64,000 bases of DNA from Penicillus capitatus (Eukaryota; Plantae; Chlorophyta): positions 303,587 through 367,586 of the forward strand of contig OZ287713.1 in the NCBI GenBank assembly GCA_965649825.1. The letters are read 5' to 3'. The notes under the pieces are model-generated. The model was not told where the DNA came from. It worked only from the letters and a program-made list of their open reading frames with translations, and searched no databases. The translations under genes and the position numbers were made by a program. The first letter of the stretch is position 1. Each line of letters starts with the position of its first letter. Positions 39,010-49,581 of this stretch are shown piece after piece.

Positions 39010-39410
39010 TTACATGGTGGGTTGTGTGCCATGGATCCAGTCATAGTAGTAGTTCAGTAGACAGATGGGCTGACCCAACACACAGAAGGACACCCAGAAA
39101 ATGATGTTGCCCCAACGATCGCCGATTCTCCTCTGGAGAAACTGCGAGAAGAAAATGAGGGGGACTTGAACAAGCATCCCCACAAACGACCACGGAAAGC
39201 TGCTGGAGAACTTGAGGGGCACAATCACCACCACCTCGTGCATCAGTGCCGAGACAAAGAACACCAGCAGCATTGCAGCGGATCGTTGAAGGCCTACATT
39301 GCTCGCTCACGAGTGATGCATGCAGGAAGGGAATGTCTAACCTAAATGAATGGCCGGGTAATAGATCGTGCGCAGCATCCATTTGTGCACCGGTGTGTTC
39401 CACGTCCGCC
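39010..39410 (-). pseudogene. 3'-terminal fragment of a DGAT1 (MBOAT) gene
   Basis: RTWNTPVHKWMLRTIYYP|...FFVSALMHEVVVIVPL...GNIIFWVSFCVLGQPICLLNYYYDW is the DGAT1 C-terminus with its catalytic His. The upstream DGAT1 core (FGDREFYxDWWN, APTLCY) was not found. Confidence 0.75.
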
Positions 39411-40882
39411 CTCTTCTGCAAATCAATAGTTTGTCTAGACCGATGGTATCGCCAAAAGATCTTAGCACACCAAAACCACGTATCGAGACGAATCGGACGG
39501 GTATTCTTTCAGGACAATCAGTACAGTTAGTTGTTTTGTATGGCAACGTCACGTCAGTTGACTGTAGCGTTCCATGTTCCAACAGGTCGTCAACCAATCG
39601 ACATTCGAAACGATCTTAATCGATCAGACCAGGATGCACTGAAGAAGTTTAGATTCGAAGAGGAATGATGAATCAGTCAGCGAGATTAAGAAAATGAAAC
39701 CACGTGGAATCATTATCTTATCCAGATCTGGTGTCGTTGAGAGCTTCCTAGCTGGTTCTTCTGCGTGAGTGCGGTCACCATGATTAGCCCGACTTTAAGA
39801 TTCGGTGGCATCGACGGGTGTCATTAAAGATGTCGTGCGCGGAGCGCGGTAAGCCGGACGCCGTCGGCGCGTATGCGAATTCTGAGGTAGCGGAAAACGA
39901 ACGCGGATTAATTAAATGTTCTTTCTGACTGTCAATTTCACAGTTTCTTCGCCGATATACCGTCACTTCAATCCATCAAAAGAACTCGGGGCTAGAAATC
40001 CAAACATGAGTGTCCATATGGGACTCTACTTCATGGCACAAGTGTTGGGGGTAACGCTCCGCCATTGCGAGCACATGTGGCCGACCCAACGATCAGTCAC
40101 ATGTCACATCACCCTTCCGGTGCCGGTTGTGGCCGTTACTGCGCCGAGTGGACGACTTCGCTCCCATAGAATTTCAGGCACAAGGAGATGTGTCAGTGGG
40201 CACAATTCCTTGCGGATGGAGAAGCATCGGACGCTAATTGCGCCCGCTCTCGCATCGTTCGTAGCGTCGCTTTCACGGTGTCGACCTCATGAACTATCCT
40301 CTAGACACTCGATGTTCCCTCAGTCGGCAACTTCGCGACCGTCGCCAGTAGTTCAACCGTCCATTTTGCTTGCTGCTTTTTTTCCACATTCCCCGCTTCC
40401 ACGAGTTTCGTCATCTCTTCTGCATGAACTTATGCTCCGCCGTTCTCTTGCTTCTACCCCTCCGCGTTGCTACGTTCGCCGATAGATGATATCGGTTTCG
40501 TCAGAAGCGGATCGACAAAAAGCGGCGTCTCTAACATCGCAGCGATACTCTCGACATGACCAACACGGTTGACGACCTCATTTATGTCCTCAGGACGTCG
40601 CTCCATCCGTGACACACCGCAAAGATCGCATGCAGCCGTGCGTCTCGCCACCTCTATTCCTGTGCATCGATTCTCTTCAGCCTCTTTGTGAGTTTGGCCT
40701 TCCACATCTCCTTTTCCGATATTCTCTTGTTTTGAATCTCTGACGCCTCTTATCATAGCCCCGCCGCTTTTGTGCTCATCGTCGATTAAACGTCGAAACG
40801 TCGATAGGAAAATCGAACGATTGATATAAATGAGGCATCTCGCCTTATACGTCACATCTGACGGAGGACACAGGAAACGTCC

Positions 40883-42562
40883 ATGATGCGCCGCTTTGCG
40901 AGAAACCACGCCGACGTCACGCGTTGGCTCCTCCATTCGCGTTTCTTCGCCGTCGCATCAACGCTCTCTGTGAACGACACCATCACTCCGACCCGATCTG
41001 CCATTTCACGAGTCAGTCCTCTTTGCCCTACTCCATCCAGATCTCCATCCTTTACGAAAGAACGCACTGATGTCAAGACAGTACGGTATTGGTCACGAGC
41101 GATGCAGTTCCGTGGATTTCATGCCACCGTGGCAGAGCAACGAGATCCAGAGGAAGTGATGGAGGCCATAATACGTCAACTGAAAAGCACAGATGATTAC
41201 GCTCGTGTCATGCGACGTCTGTCGCGTGACCAATCGTACTCCCGCGTTGTGGATCTTTACGAGGATATGAAATCCTGCGGAGTTGAGATTAACGCTTCGG
41301 CCTACACTGCACTCATGAAAGCCCACTCGCGCATGGGGAACCCTGACAAGGTGAAAAGCATCTTTGAGGAGGCCGTGGAGAAAGGAGTTACGCCAGACAA
41401 GTGGATGATCAATACACTCATCTATACCTATTCAAACACTGGCGACATGGAAGCTGCATTCGATATACTTCACAAGATGCCAGAGTATGGTGTTCAGCCT
41501 GATTCGGTGACATATCGCTCGCTGATCAATGTCTGCGGCAAGGGCAAAGACGTGGATCGTGCGAGAAAGACTTTTGATGAAATGCTGGAGAAATTCAAAT
41601 GGGATACCCGAACCATCAATTCTATGATAGAAGTCTATGCCGAAAATGCCGACAGTGACACCGGCGAGGCGTACCTGCAAGAATCCAAGAACTTGGTAAA
41701 AATGCTGAAATCAAAGAGGCTCAAAATTGACGCATTCACCTATGTGCATATGATTAAACTGTGCAGCAAACTGGGGAAGTCGGATGAGGCGATGGATTAC
41801 TTTCAGCTAGCTCTCGGCGATGATTTGCAGCTTAGTATTTCCTCATTTGATATCATCTTTCAATGTATGGCGGATATGAAGCTGACAGATGAGGAAGTCG
41901 AGAACCTTCTGGTGTTGTGTATCCAGCGCATGAAAAAACTCGACATTAGGCCATCCTATCTGACGTTTAACAACATCATGAAGCTCTGCGAAGCAAGAGG
42001 AGATGTGAGCAAGGCATTTGGACTCTTTACGAAACTGACAGAGGGGGAGTTGGCTGACACCGGCCGGAGCGCAGAGTGCTTTTCCGTGCAAGTAAAGATC
42101 ATTGAGCGTATGCTTGATAGTGGGGCGTATTCTCGAGAAGAGGCTTTGATAAAAATGGATACGGTGCTCGAAAGGATGAAGATGTTTGGTATCTCATTGA
42201 TGCTCGCTGGTTACCGGGCACGGTTTAATATTTGCCTCAAGACATCCGATGTGGAACGTGCATTCGAATGCTGGAATGATTACGCAAAAGGGAACCGTGT
42301 GCCATCGGCCACTATGACAGAGTCGATGATTCGACTTACATTGGATCATGATCGTGTGGACGATGCGGTAAAGCTGGTGAAGTTTATGCAGAAGGATAAG
42401 AATATTCCGCCTACTGAAGGCACGTATGAGGCGATTTTCGCATACTGTGCTGAAAAAAATGACGCGGAAAATGCAAAGACGGTTCTTAAATTCATGAAAG
42501 AGAAACAAGTGAAAGCGAGTAAAGTAATCCAAGGACACGTCGATGCCTTGGAGCTGAATTGA
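40883..42562 (+). CDS. Pentatricopeptide repeat (P-type PPR) protein, probably mitochondrial
   Basis: Intronless 559-aa ORF with an Arg-rich targeting-like N-terminus and 35-aa repeats (AYTALMKAHSRMGNPDKVKSIFEEA, TYRSLINVCGKGKDVDRARKTFDEM, TYVHMIKLCSKLGKSDEAMDYF). Confidence 0.9.
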   Translation: MMRRFARNHADVTRWLLHSRFFAVASTLSVNDTITPTRSAISRVSPLCPTPSRSPSFTKERTDVKTVRYWSRAMQFRGFHATVAEQRDPEEVMEAIIRQLKSTDDYARVMRRLSRDQSYSRVVDLYEDMKSCGVEINASAYTALMKAHSRMGNPDKVKSIFEEAVEKGVTPDKWMINTLIYTYSNTGDMEAAFDILHKMPEYGVQPDSVTYRSLINVCGKGKDVDRARKTFDEMLEKFKWDTRTINSMIEVYAENADSDTGEAYLQESKNLVKMLKSKRLKIDAFTYVHMIKLCSKLGKSDEAMDYFQLALGDDLQLSISSFDIIFQCMADMKLTDEEVENLLVLCIQRMKKLDIRPSYLTFNNIMKLCEARGDVSKAFGLFTKLTEGELADTGRSAECFSVQVKIIERMLDSGAYSREEALIKMDTVLERMKMFGISLMLAGYRARFNICLKTSDVERAFECWNDYAKGNRVPSATMTESMIRLTLDHDRVDDAVKLVKFMQKDKNIPPTEGTYEAIFAYCAEKNDAENAKTVLKFMKEKQVKASKVIQGHVDALELN

Positions 42563-42774
42563 AACGTTTCGTTATGATAGTAACAAATGGAGTTCAACAG
42601 GAACGGAGATTTTCATTGGCTCCGGCATTTTAAAAGAGAACGTACCTCGGTTTTAGTTGATCCATCAAGAAGTTTCTTACAAGAGATGCGAGTTCGGGTT
42701 GCATCCGACATGAGATACGTCGAGAATAGTAACACTTAAACGCGACGGACATGGGGTTGTTAGAAATTTCGAAC

Positions 42775-42803
42775 CGATCGGCGAATCGATCGATCGATCG
42801 ATC
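42775..42803. repeat. (GATC)n microsatellite-like tract
   Basis: ccgatcggcgaatcgatcgatcgatcgatcagc. Confidence 0.8.
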
Positions 42804-43187
42804 AGCTGTGGATTTACTGTTGCCTCAGTGGTTGCGCAGATCGGTAATCTGACGCTGAATGTCCAACTCGTTTTGTAATCGTCCAGTCAATGGACGTCAC
42901 GCTCATCTTGTCGAATCAACGTCGTGGTCATTAACATTCGCCGATCCGTGAGATCTTTCTTTCAGTTGTCCAATCCTCCGCGTTTTCAGATCAATGCGTT
43001 GCCGTTCGGCATTGCGACCGGTGATCTCAAGTATATTTCTACACTCTTTTGTTGTAGTCCATTCGTCATACCCTTTATTCGATTCTGTTATTAACGAATG
43101 ACACTTCTATCTGTGTTGTTTTGCAAACCGAAGCCACTTGTCTGCGTGTTTCTGGTCTTTATGGCGAATAGATGTTAATGACGGACT

Positions 43188-43440
43188 GACAGGCGTCTGC
43201 CAATCTCGATGCGAACCAAATCGTAGCATGATCGTCGACTGCCGGTTCCAATGGGAATCGTAATAACGACATCTCGTCGATAGATCGATAACATTCCGAC
43301 TGACGCAGACAGGCAGATCTTGGTGGTGAAATCGATAGGCTTCTGTCAATCTTGATGCGAATCGAATCGCAGCGACGATCGTCGTTTGCGGATTCCCATC
43401 GGAAATCGTGATACCGATGGCGTCGATTGATCAATCGTGT
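43188..43440. repeat. Diverged tandem duplication with ~145-bp period
   Basis: gacaggcgtctgccaatctcgatgcgaaccaaatcgtagcatgatcgtcg... versus gataggcttctgtcaatcttgatgcgaatcgaatcgcagcgacgatcgtcg... Confidence 0.7.
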
Positions 43441-43667
43441 TCTGTCTGCCAGTCTTGAAGTGTACGCGATAACACCATACTCGTACATCATGCACTTGAT
43501 AGAGTGCTTCCTCCTCGTGGTTACACCTATAGTCATCGTACAACCTCTTAGATTAATATCTTTCTAGACGCTCCAGCCGACACGGAAAACAAAGTTACCG
43601 CTTTAGGACAAACTGAGATCTCGAACGACGATTTCTCAATACAAATGTGCACGGCGGCGTATAGTAA

Positions 43668-45438
43668 TGGCAAGGTTCGAAAGGGCTATCGATATCGCCG
43701 TCCACAGGTGTAAGTATGTAATCGCTTCCGGCTGCCTTCCATCGTGATTCGCCTATGACGTCAACTCTCACAGAGGATAAATGAATGCGTGTCATCGACA
43801 TTCATCATCACTGTCTATGTTTACCTTCGCCGATATAAATTCGAGAGCTTCGCGCCGTCCACGATTCGAGTCTTCCGCAGCGATGGACAAAGTGTGTCAA
43901 TCTCGACGCACGTTCATTCTTATTCCCACTGTCTTAGGAGAGAACTTCATGCCAGACTTTACCATTAAACATTCCAAAGGCTCTTAGGGAGCAGTTAAAC
44001 GTGAGATGCTTGACCTCGTTCTACTTGGGGAGTCTCGTGTACCGTCCAGGTTCGAAGATACCAACAAGAATTTTATGAATCGAAACCCCGAGGGCTAAAA
44101 AGAAGTTACCATCGTTTTGTTGAATGCTTTGGCAAGACAATCCAGCACGACGTTAGTTCCCGCTTTACTCTGTCCGTCACGGAACAGATGCTAACCTACT
44201 CGCCAGTAAACACTTGCCATGAACTTCCACGACGTGGTTGATGGATTGTGTCTGACAGCATCCCTTGCGGATATCGTTGCTGAAAATGAAGCGCAATAGA
44301 CGAGCATGTTGCCTGGAGCTGTTCAGGCACGTGCTTCGCTGGATGTCCTTATCTAACGCAGCCCATGACATCGAACTGAGAAATGTGGCGTTACAGAAAA
44401 TAGTGGACATCACTGATTCTGACCCTCGGCTGAAAGACGAGATTCACTTGCAAGTACTGAAACAGACTAGAGAGTGCCCCAATCGAAATACTGAGCGAAA
44501 TGCATGGAAACTGTTCTCACTCGTCCTCACCACAGTTTCGTGTTCTCTGGTGAGACGCACTGATAATAGTTGACTGTAAGCCTGTCTGTTGTGTAGGAAA
44601 TGACCAAATTTATTGCAGCATATCTTCAAACTGCCGCGATTCGACATTCAAAAGACCCACTGATGAACAAATTTATAACAGAAATGACAGACCGTCTCAG
44701 AAGCTCAATTCTCGCAAACCCGAGAACATTGAAACATCTACCAGATGCCCGAAGAGATCTCGGACAGTTCTACTGTTTTCCAGTCTATGTCTCAGAAGAG
44801 TCTCATGTGGATGCCGTCTACGATCCAGACACTGTCATCGAGGACCTGGTTCCGCAGTTGGCGTGGACGATCGGTCTGCCGGATGACGACACATTCGCTC
44901 TGTACAAGTGCCGAGGATCCCAGTACACGCAGATCGACAGGAAGCGACTCGTGTCCGCCGTCATCAGCGACATCGCCGATCGTCGAGAAGGAGAGGAGAT
45001 GAGCCGATTGTTCATGAAGAGAACGAAATCGAGTCGCGCCAGCATGGAAGGACTCGATCGAGACAGCATCTATCGGATGTATCTGGAGACAAAGGACAAG
45101 TACCGACAAGGCGGATACCCGCTGGCGGCCATAGGGGAAGTGGCCATGCGTCTTTGCGTTTTCCTCATCCAGGCAGAAGGCTCCGCCGAATTGTTCGAGA
45201 ATGAAAGGAGACTGTCCGAAGAATTGAACAACTTCCTTCCGTCGACAGTACGCATCCTGCTTTCATTCTTACTTCTCTAGTGAGCAATCCTTCTTTTTAG
45301 AGTCTGCGCCTCAAGCAACGAGAAGAGTGGATAGACGGGGTCTTAACCAAGTTTGCACACATTGGTCGCATCGAAAAAGAGGCGGCCAGGCTTCAATTTC
45401 TTGATGCCATCGAAGGTCTCTGTTATAGAGTCGGCTGA
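43668..45438 (+). CDS. KCBP-derived MyTH4-FERM protein, copy 3 (no F3 lobe, no motor)
   Basis: LPLNIPKALREQLN|VRRYQQ...EQMLTYSP|HPLRISLLKM...DEIHLQVLKQTRECPNRNTERNAWKLF. F1/F2 are nearly identical to copy 2, ending RLQFLDAIEGLCYRVG*. The start codon is uncertain. Confidence 0.75.
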
Positions 45439-45819
45439 CAGTATTGTTGCAGCCAAATGTGTGATCAGCGTCATTTGCAAATTTTATTTTTAGTTGTGTG
45501 ACTTTCCTTGATTGGCTAGAGTTTTTCCTGACCTTTCGCACTTCTCAACAATCATGTACGAGCACATCGCAGTTGCGTTTTGTCACATGTAACGAATTTC
45601 AAGCGTGTTAATGCCAATCGATGCCACTGAAGATCGTCCCGTTGCGAGTTGTCAAACCGTTGGACGATTGACAATCGAAAAGGAACCAATTTAATCGAAA
45701 CTGTAATTAATCGGAATCGATCGACCATTATTGACACGTGTTAGCATAAATCTCGGAAACATTAGTATAGTACGGAGACAGACACTTTGTTTGTTCTTAG
45801 TTAGACGTCGACTGTCTAT

Positions 45820-46050
45820 GTCGCCGAGCGATGTGACCCTGCCTAGTTTCTGAGGGGGCCACGTCCTGGGGGGTGTTGGTTGAATCACCCGAGGCCATTT
45901 TCTCTGGCTCTGAGGCTAGGGTGATTCACCTGCCTCGTTAAGTCGCGTCATCGCGCAGGTATTTAATGCGCAATCTGAACCTCTGAACGCCTTGCTCTGA
46001 TTACTTGTAAGACTTCCGCTGTTATCGTTTTCGTTCGGCGCCTCCGCGCG
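45820..46050 (-). repeat. Dispersed ~230-bp repeat family, copy D
   Basis: The reverse complement tgtcgcgcggaggcgccg...cagcggaag...gagcaag...gcaggtgaatcaccctagc...agagccagagaaaa matches copies A and E. Confidence 0.75.
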
Positions 46051-46659
46051 ACAGTCTACAGTGTGAAGACATTGATCTCCACAATTAACTCAAATCCAGT
46101 GGTTGTCTATTGAAGTTGCCAAGAAATGAAATCTCGGTGATCTCCTAGGGGCTAAGTTGCTGTTGCGATTTTTCAATTCTTTCGCCGAGAATGAAATTTT
46201 TCGATCTTTGTGTAATCATTTTGTTTTCTATCTAATCCTACGGAGTAGTCTTTTTTTGAACCATGATTCTCATTCCTTTACCGAGATGCTCTGTGAATCC
46301 GTTTAAGACATGACGTCGGCATTGTGGCAGATGAGATGTTCCGTCGTTGTAGGTTTCGCAGTTATCGTAAGTTAGTTTTGCCGAAAGGATTCTTAACGGG
46401 TACAGCATTCTCCAGTGGAACTCAGATCGATGTTTAAGCACAGAGCAAATGAAATGATGGTGTCGAGAGATTGCTGCAGTCTCTACGAACACCTTACTAG
46501 AACAGCTGCCCCTTTCTAGTTCCCATCATTCAATAAATACTTAACCGCGCTTCTGTTGTAAACACTGCGTTGTTGTAATCCGTTCGTTGTCTATATTGCA
46601 CCTCGACGGAAAACAATGTACCTTTATGACTATAGCGAGCAACGGAAAACGCTTCGCCG

Positions 46660-46885
46660 GTGTCACGCGGAGGCGCCGTGCTGAAGAAACTACGCAGCGG
46701 AAGACGTTAACGCTGACAGAACCAAGTTGTTTTGTGATTCACATACACTGATTTATATACTAACTGTAACTTGACAGGTGGGTCAGCCGACTGTAAGAGC
46801 CAGAGAAAACACCTCCTAGAAGTCGTGAACTTCTTACAAGCGCCACTTTGAAGACAGAACTCCGAGAAAACGAGTCAGACAGGAT
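46660..46885 (+). repeat. Dispersed ~230-bp repeat family, copy E (best-preserved splice-like sites)
   Basis: tgtcacgcggaggcgccg...cagcggaag...|gttgtt...ttgacag|gtgggtcagccgact|gtaagagccagagaaaa...caag|cgccactttgaagacagaac. Confidence 0.7.
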
Positions 46886-47988
46886 GATACAACTCAAGAT
46901 AATGGCAAGCATTAAAGCGAGGGCGTGATAGCCGGCAAGTCATACGAGCCATGACGTTAGAATCTGCAGTTAGTTCGTAGTAATGGACAAACCCAAAAGA
47001 CGTTGCTGCTAATCGTCTTTTCTCGATAGATTTTGTCTGTATGTAAAACTTCTTGCCGTCGAGGACAACTTACAATCTCCCATACATGAATGAATCGATT
47101 ACAGAACTTAGTGTTGTCACATCAAGAGGTTAAATACAGTTCTGTTTCCATAGAACGAGGTTTTTAGTTCTGTTTGAATGTCAAAGCGAGTGCAACACTA
47201 CATTGTAGCTGGCAGATGTTGTTGATGTCCTTTAAATAAGGTAGAATTCATCTTCTCGTACTAACTAAGAAGCTGCTTTTCCATTCGTTGTTGCCAAATA
47301 AAGAAAAAGGTGTGTATTACTATCAGTTTTTTTAGTAAGCGCATGAACAACTTGCGTCATATGCTAACATACTTTTCCACGTATCGGCGAGTTCACGCAA
47401 CGGTACATAACTGTATTCATGTCTCTTAATGAGAGCTTAGTGCTTTCTTGAAATAAACTGCTCGGCACATTGTAGCGTTTTAGAATACACACAATGGACA
47501 TGCTTTTGTATCAAAGAAAAAAATGTTCTACCTGCGACATGTTCTTCAAGAAGAATTCGTCTTCATCTATGATGTTAGTGGTTAATATGTCCGTTTCGAA
47601 CAGAAAAAGTATCTCTCTCACGATTCGATTCATAGCAGGTTGTAGGAGAGAGAAGTATTTTGAATCAAGCAGAACCAACCACCTGCAGACAATCGATTCG
47701 AGTTCGAAAAACGGCGATCGATCACACTTATTGCAACGATTGATCGTTGTTTGCCGATTAATCGCATCTCGATTTGCAGCGATCGGAGAATTCAGTTCGA
47801 TCGATCACACTTTTTGCAGCGATTGATGGCGCGCACATCTGTACATGCCGATACAGAAACAATTGGCGATAATCCGCTGACCCTAACAATGACGCGACTC
47901 GATTTAAAAGGTGGCTTTCTCGATGATCCAGCCACGCGATGAGTGATCCCGAACGTTTTCTGGATCGAACCATCCCATCACTGTCTCC

Positions 47989-48608
47989 ATGCTTCGATCC
48001 TTCCGTCGATCACCGGTCTCGCTCCCGGATGCGCTATCCGCAACGATATGGGTCGGTCGACGTTTCTTCCAAAGACGTAAAATGCGTCAGGTTCCAATTT
48101 GGACCGGCGACATCGTCGAAGTCGAGTACTGCACCGTTGAAGACTACTATCCAAACTATCGCATTCTCAAACAAAAACTCATGACCGAATTCGCCGATCT
48201 CATTGAAGTGAGAGGCAATCCATACGGTATGCCACGTCGTTCCGCCTTCGAAGTCCTCTGGAGGTGCGAGACGGTCACCCCTGACTTACTTGATGGAAAC
48301 CATCGTTATACTGCAGGCGTGGAGAGGATCTACAGGAAGAGCTATGGTCGAAATATTCCTCAGGCGAACCTTCGACGGAGGATGAGACTCATGGTGTGGC
48401 TGAGGTCATCGTCTACGATCTGCAGCAGATTCTAAAAAAATACGGCCTGCATCGTGGACGCTATAAAGAGCGATATCCGGCGACGATCGATGAGATGGAC
48501 TTCTATCGAGATCTTGATGAAGAGAACTCTCGACTGCTCAAGGCGAAAGACCAGAAATCGACATCGTTTACCCGGAAAGTGACATTTAAGCGACGAAGGA
48601 GAGTGTGA
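47989..48608 (+). CDS. Hypothetical protein with an Arg-rich, organelle-targeting-like N-terminus
   Basis: MLRSFRRSPVSLPDALSATIWVGRRFFQRRKMRQ..., with one GT-AG intron (~48265-48316) joining to the frame that ends at 48608. Family not recognised. Confidence 0.55.
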
Positions 48609-48634
48609 GAACATTTCTTAACGACATGTGCCTT

Positions 48635-49301
48635 TTACGCCACCATACCTTCCTTCACAATATCGTAAGGAATGGGAGCCACGGTGGTTAAGTTCTCAAA
48701 CACATTCTTGAGCATCAATGCATCGCGTGGACCCGCCTGTTTTCGCTTGAGGTCGACTTTCTCTGCGACAAACGAACATACTGAGTGAATTGGACAAAAC
48801 GTCCAGGACTGCGGTACCGCCGGTCTTGCGAGCCTCGGCTTTCAACTCTTCATTTCGGCGAATGCGTTTCAGCACTTCCTCGCGACATCGAGATCGGCGA
48901 ACATGTTCCACTCGGACATGAATGCGTTTGCGAACGATGCGTCCACGAACCTGCGATCGATGACGTGGAATCATATCGAGACGATCGGACGGATGTCTCA
49001 CTTTCTTGTTGATCTCGACACCCAAAGAATGTTTCGTCACATCCCATACTCTTCCCGTCTTTCCATGGTAATACTTGTGCGGCATTCCCTAAACAACAGA
49101 AGAAGGATCGTGTACAGCAAGGGAAACGCTTGTTTGTTTGTTCGGTCGTCCGACCTTCTGTACACTTGGATCTGCATGGACCGTGACGTACTCTCCAAGA
49201 TTAAACACACGAAGGTAAGTCGAGAGACTCGACACGCCTTTCGTCTTGAACGGTTTTTTAAAGATGTGTCGTGTACGATGGCGAACGCCTTTGCCTCCCA
49301 T
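48635..49301 (-). CDS. RPL21: 60S ribosomal protein L21 (eL21)
   Basis: [19 protein letters not shown]...SVQK|[19 protein letters not shown]...INKK|[24 protein letters not shown]...[10 protein letters not shown]...[10 protein letters not shown]. Three introns. Confidence 0.97.
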
Positions 49302-49581
49302 TCTTTCGATTGAAGCCGAGCGGCGGCGATCGAAGGATGTGCCAAATGCGAATGATCATGCGACGATTCGAAAACGCAACACATTGATCTCGATGCGCTG
49401 TTCATCGATCACCCCGTGCTGCTAACCGACAATCGCCTTCGCGCAGCATTCGCCATATCATCGAACGCCACGCCCGCCGACGATTCTTCTTCACTATCCA
49501 CTTAGACATCGGCGTACGAAACGATTATGCTCAGCGCAATGGAAGAATCGTTCGCTGTCTTGTGCTGTGTAGGGTTTCGTC

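Noticed and set aside
47989-48608. Call as mitochondrial ribosomal protein L19/L24
   Set aside because: Only a short PIWTGDIVEV resemblance supports it; left as hypothetical.
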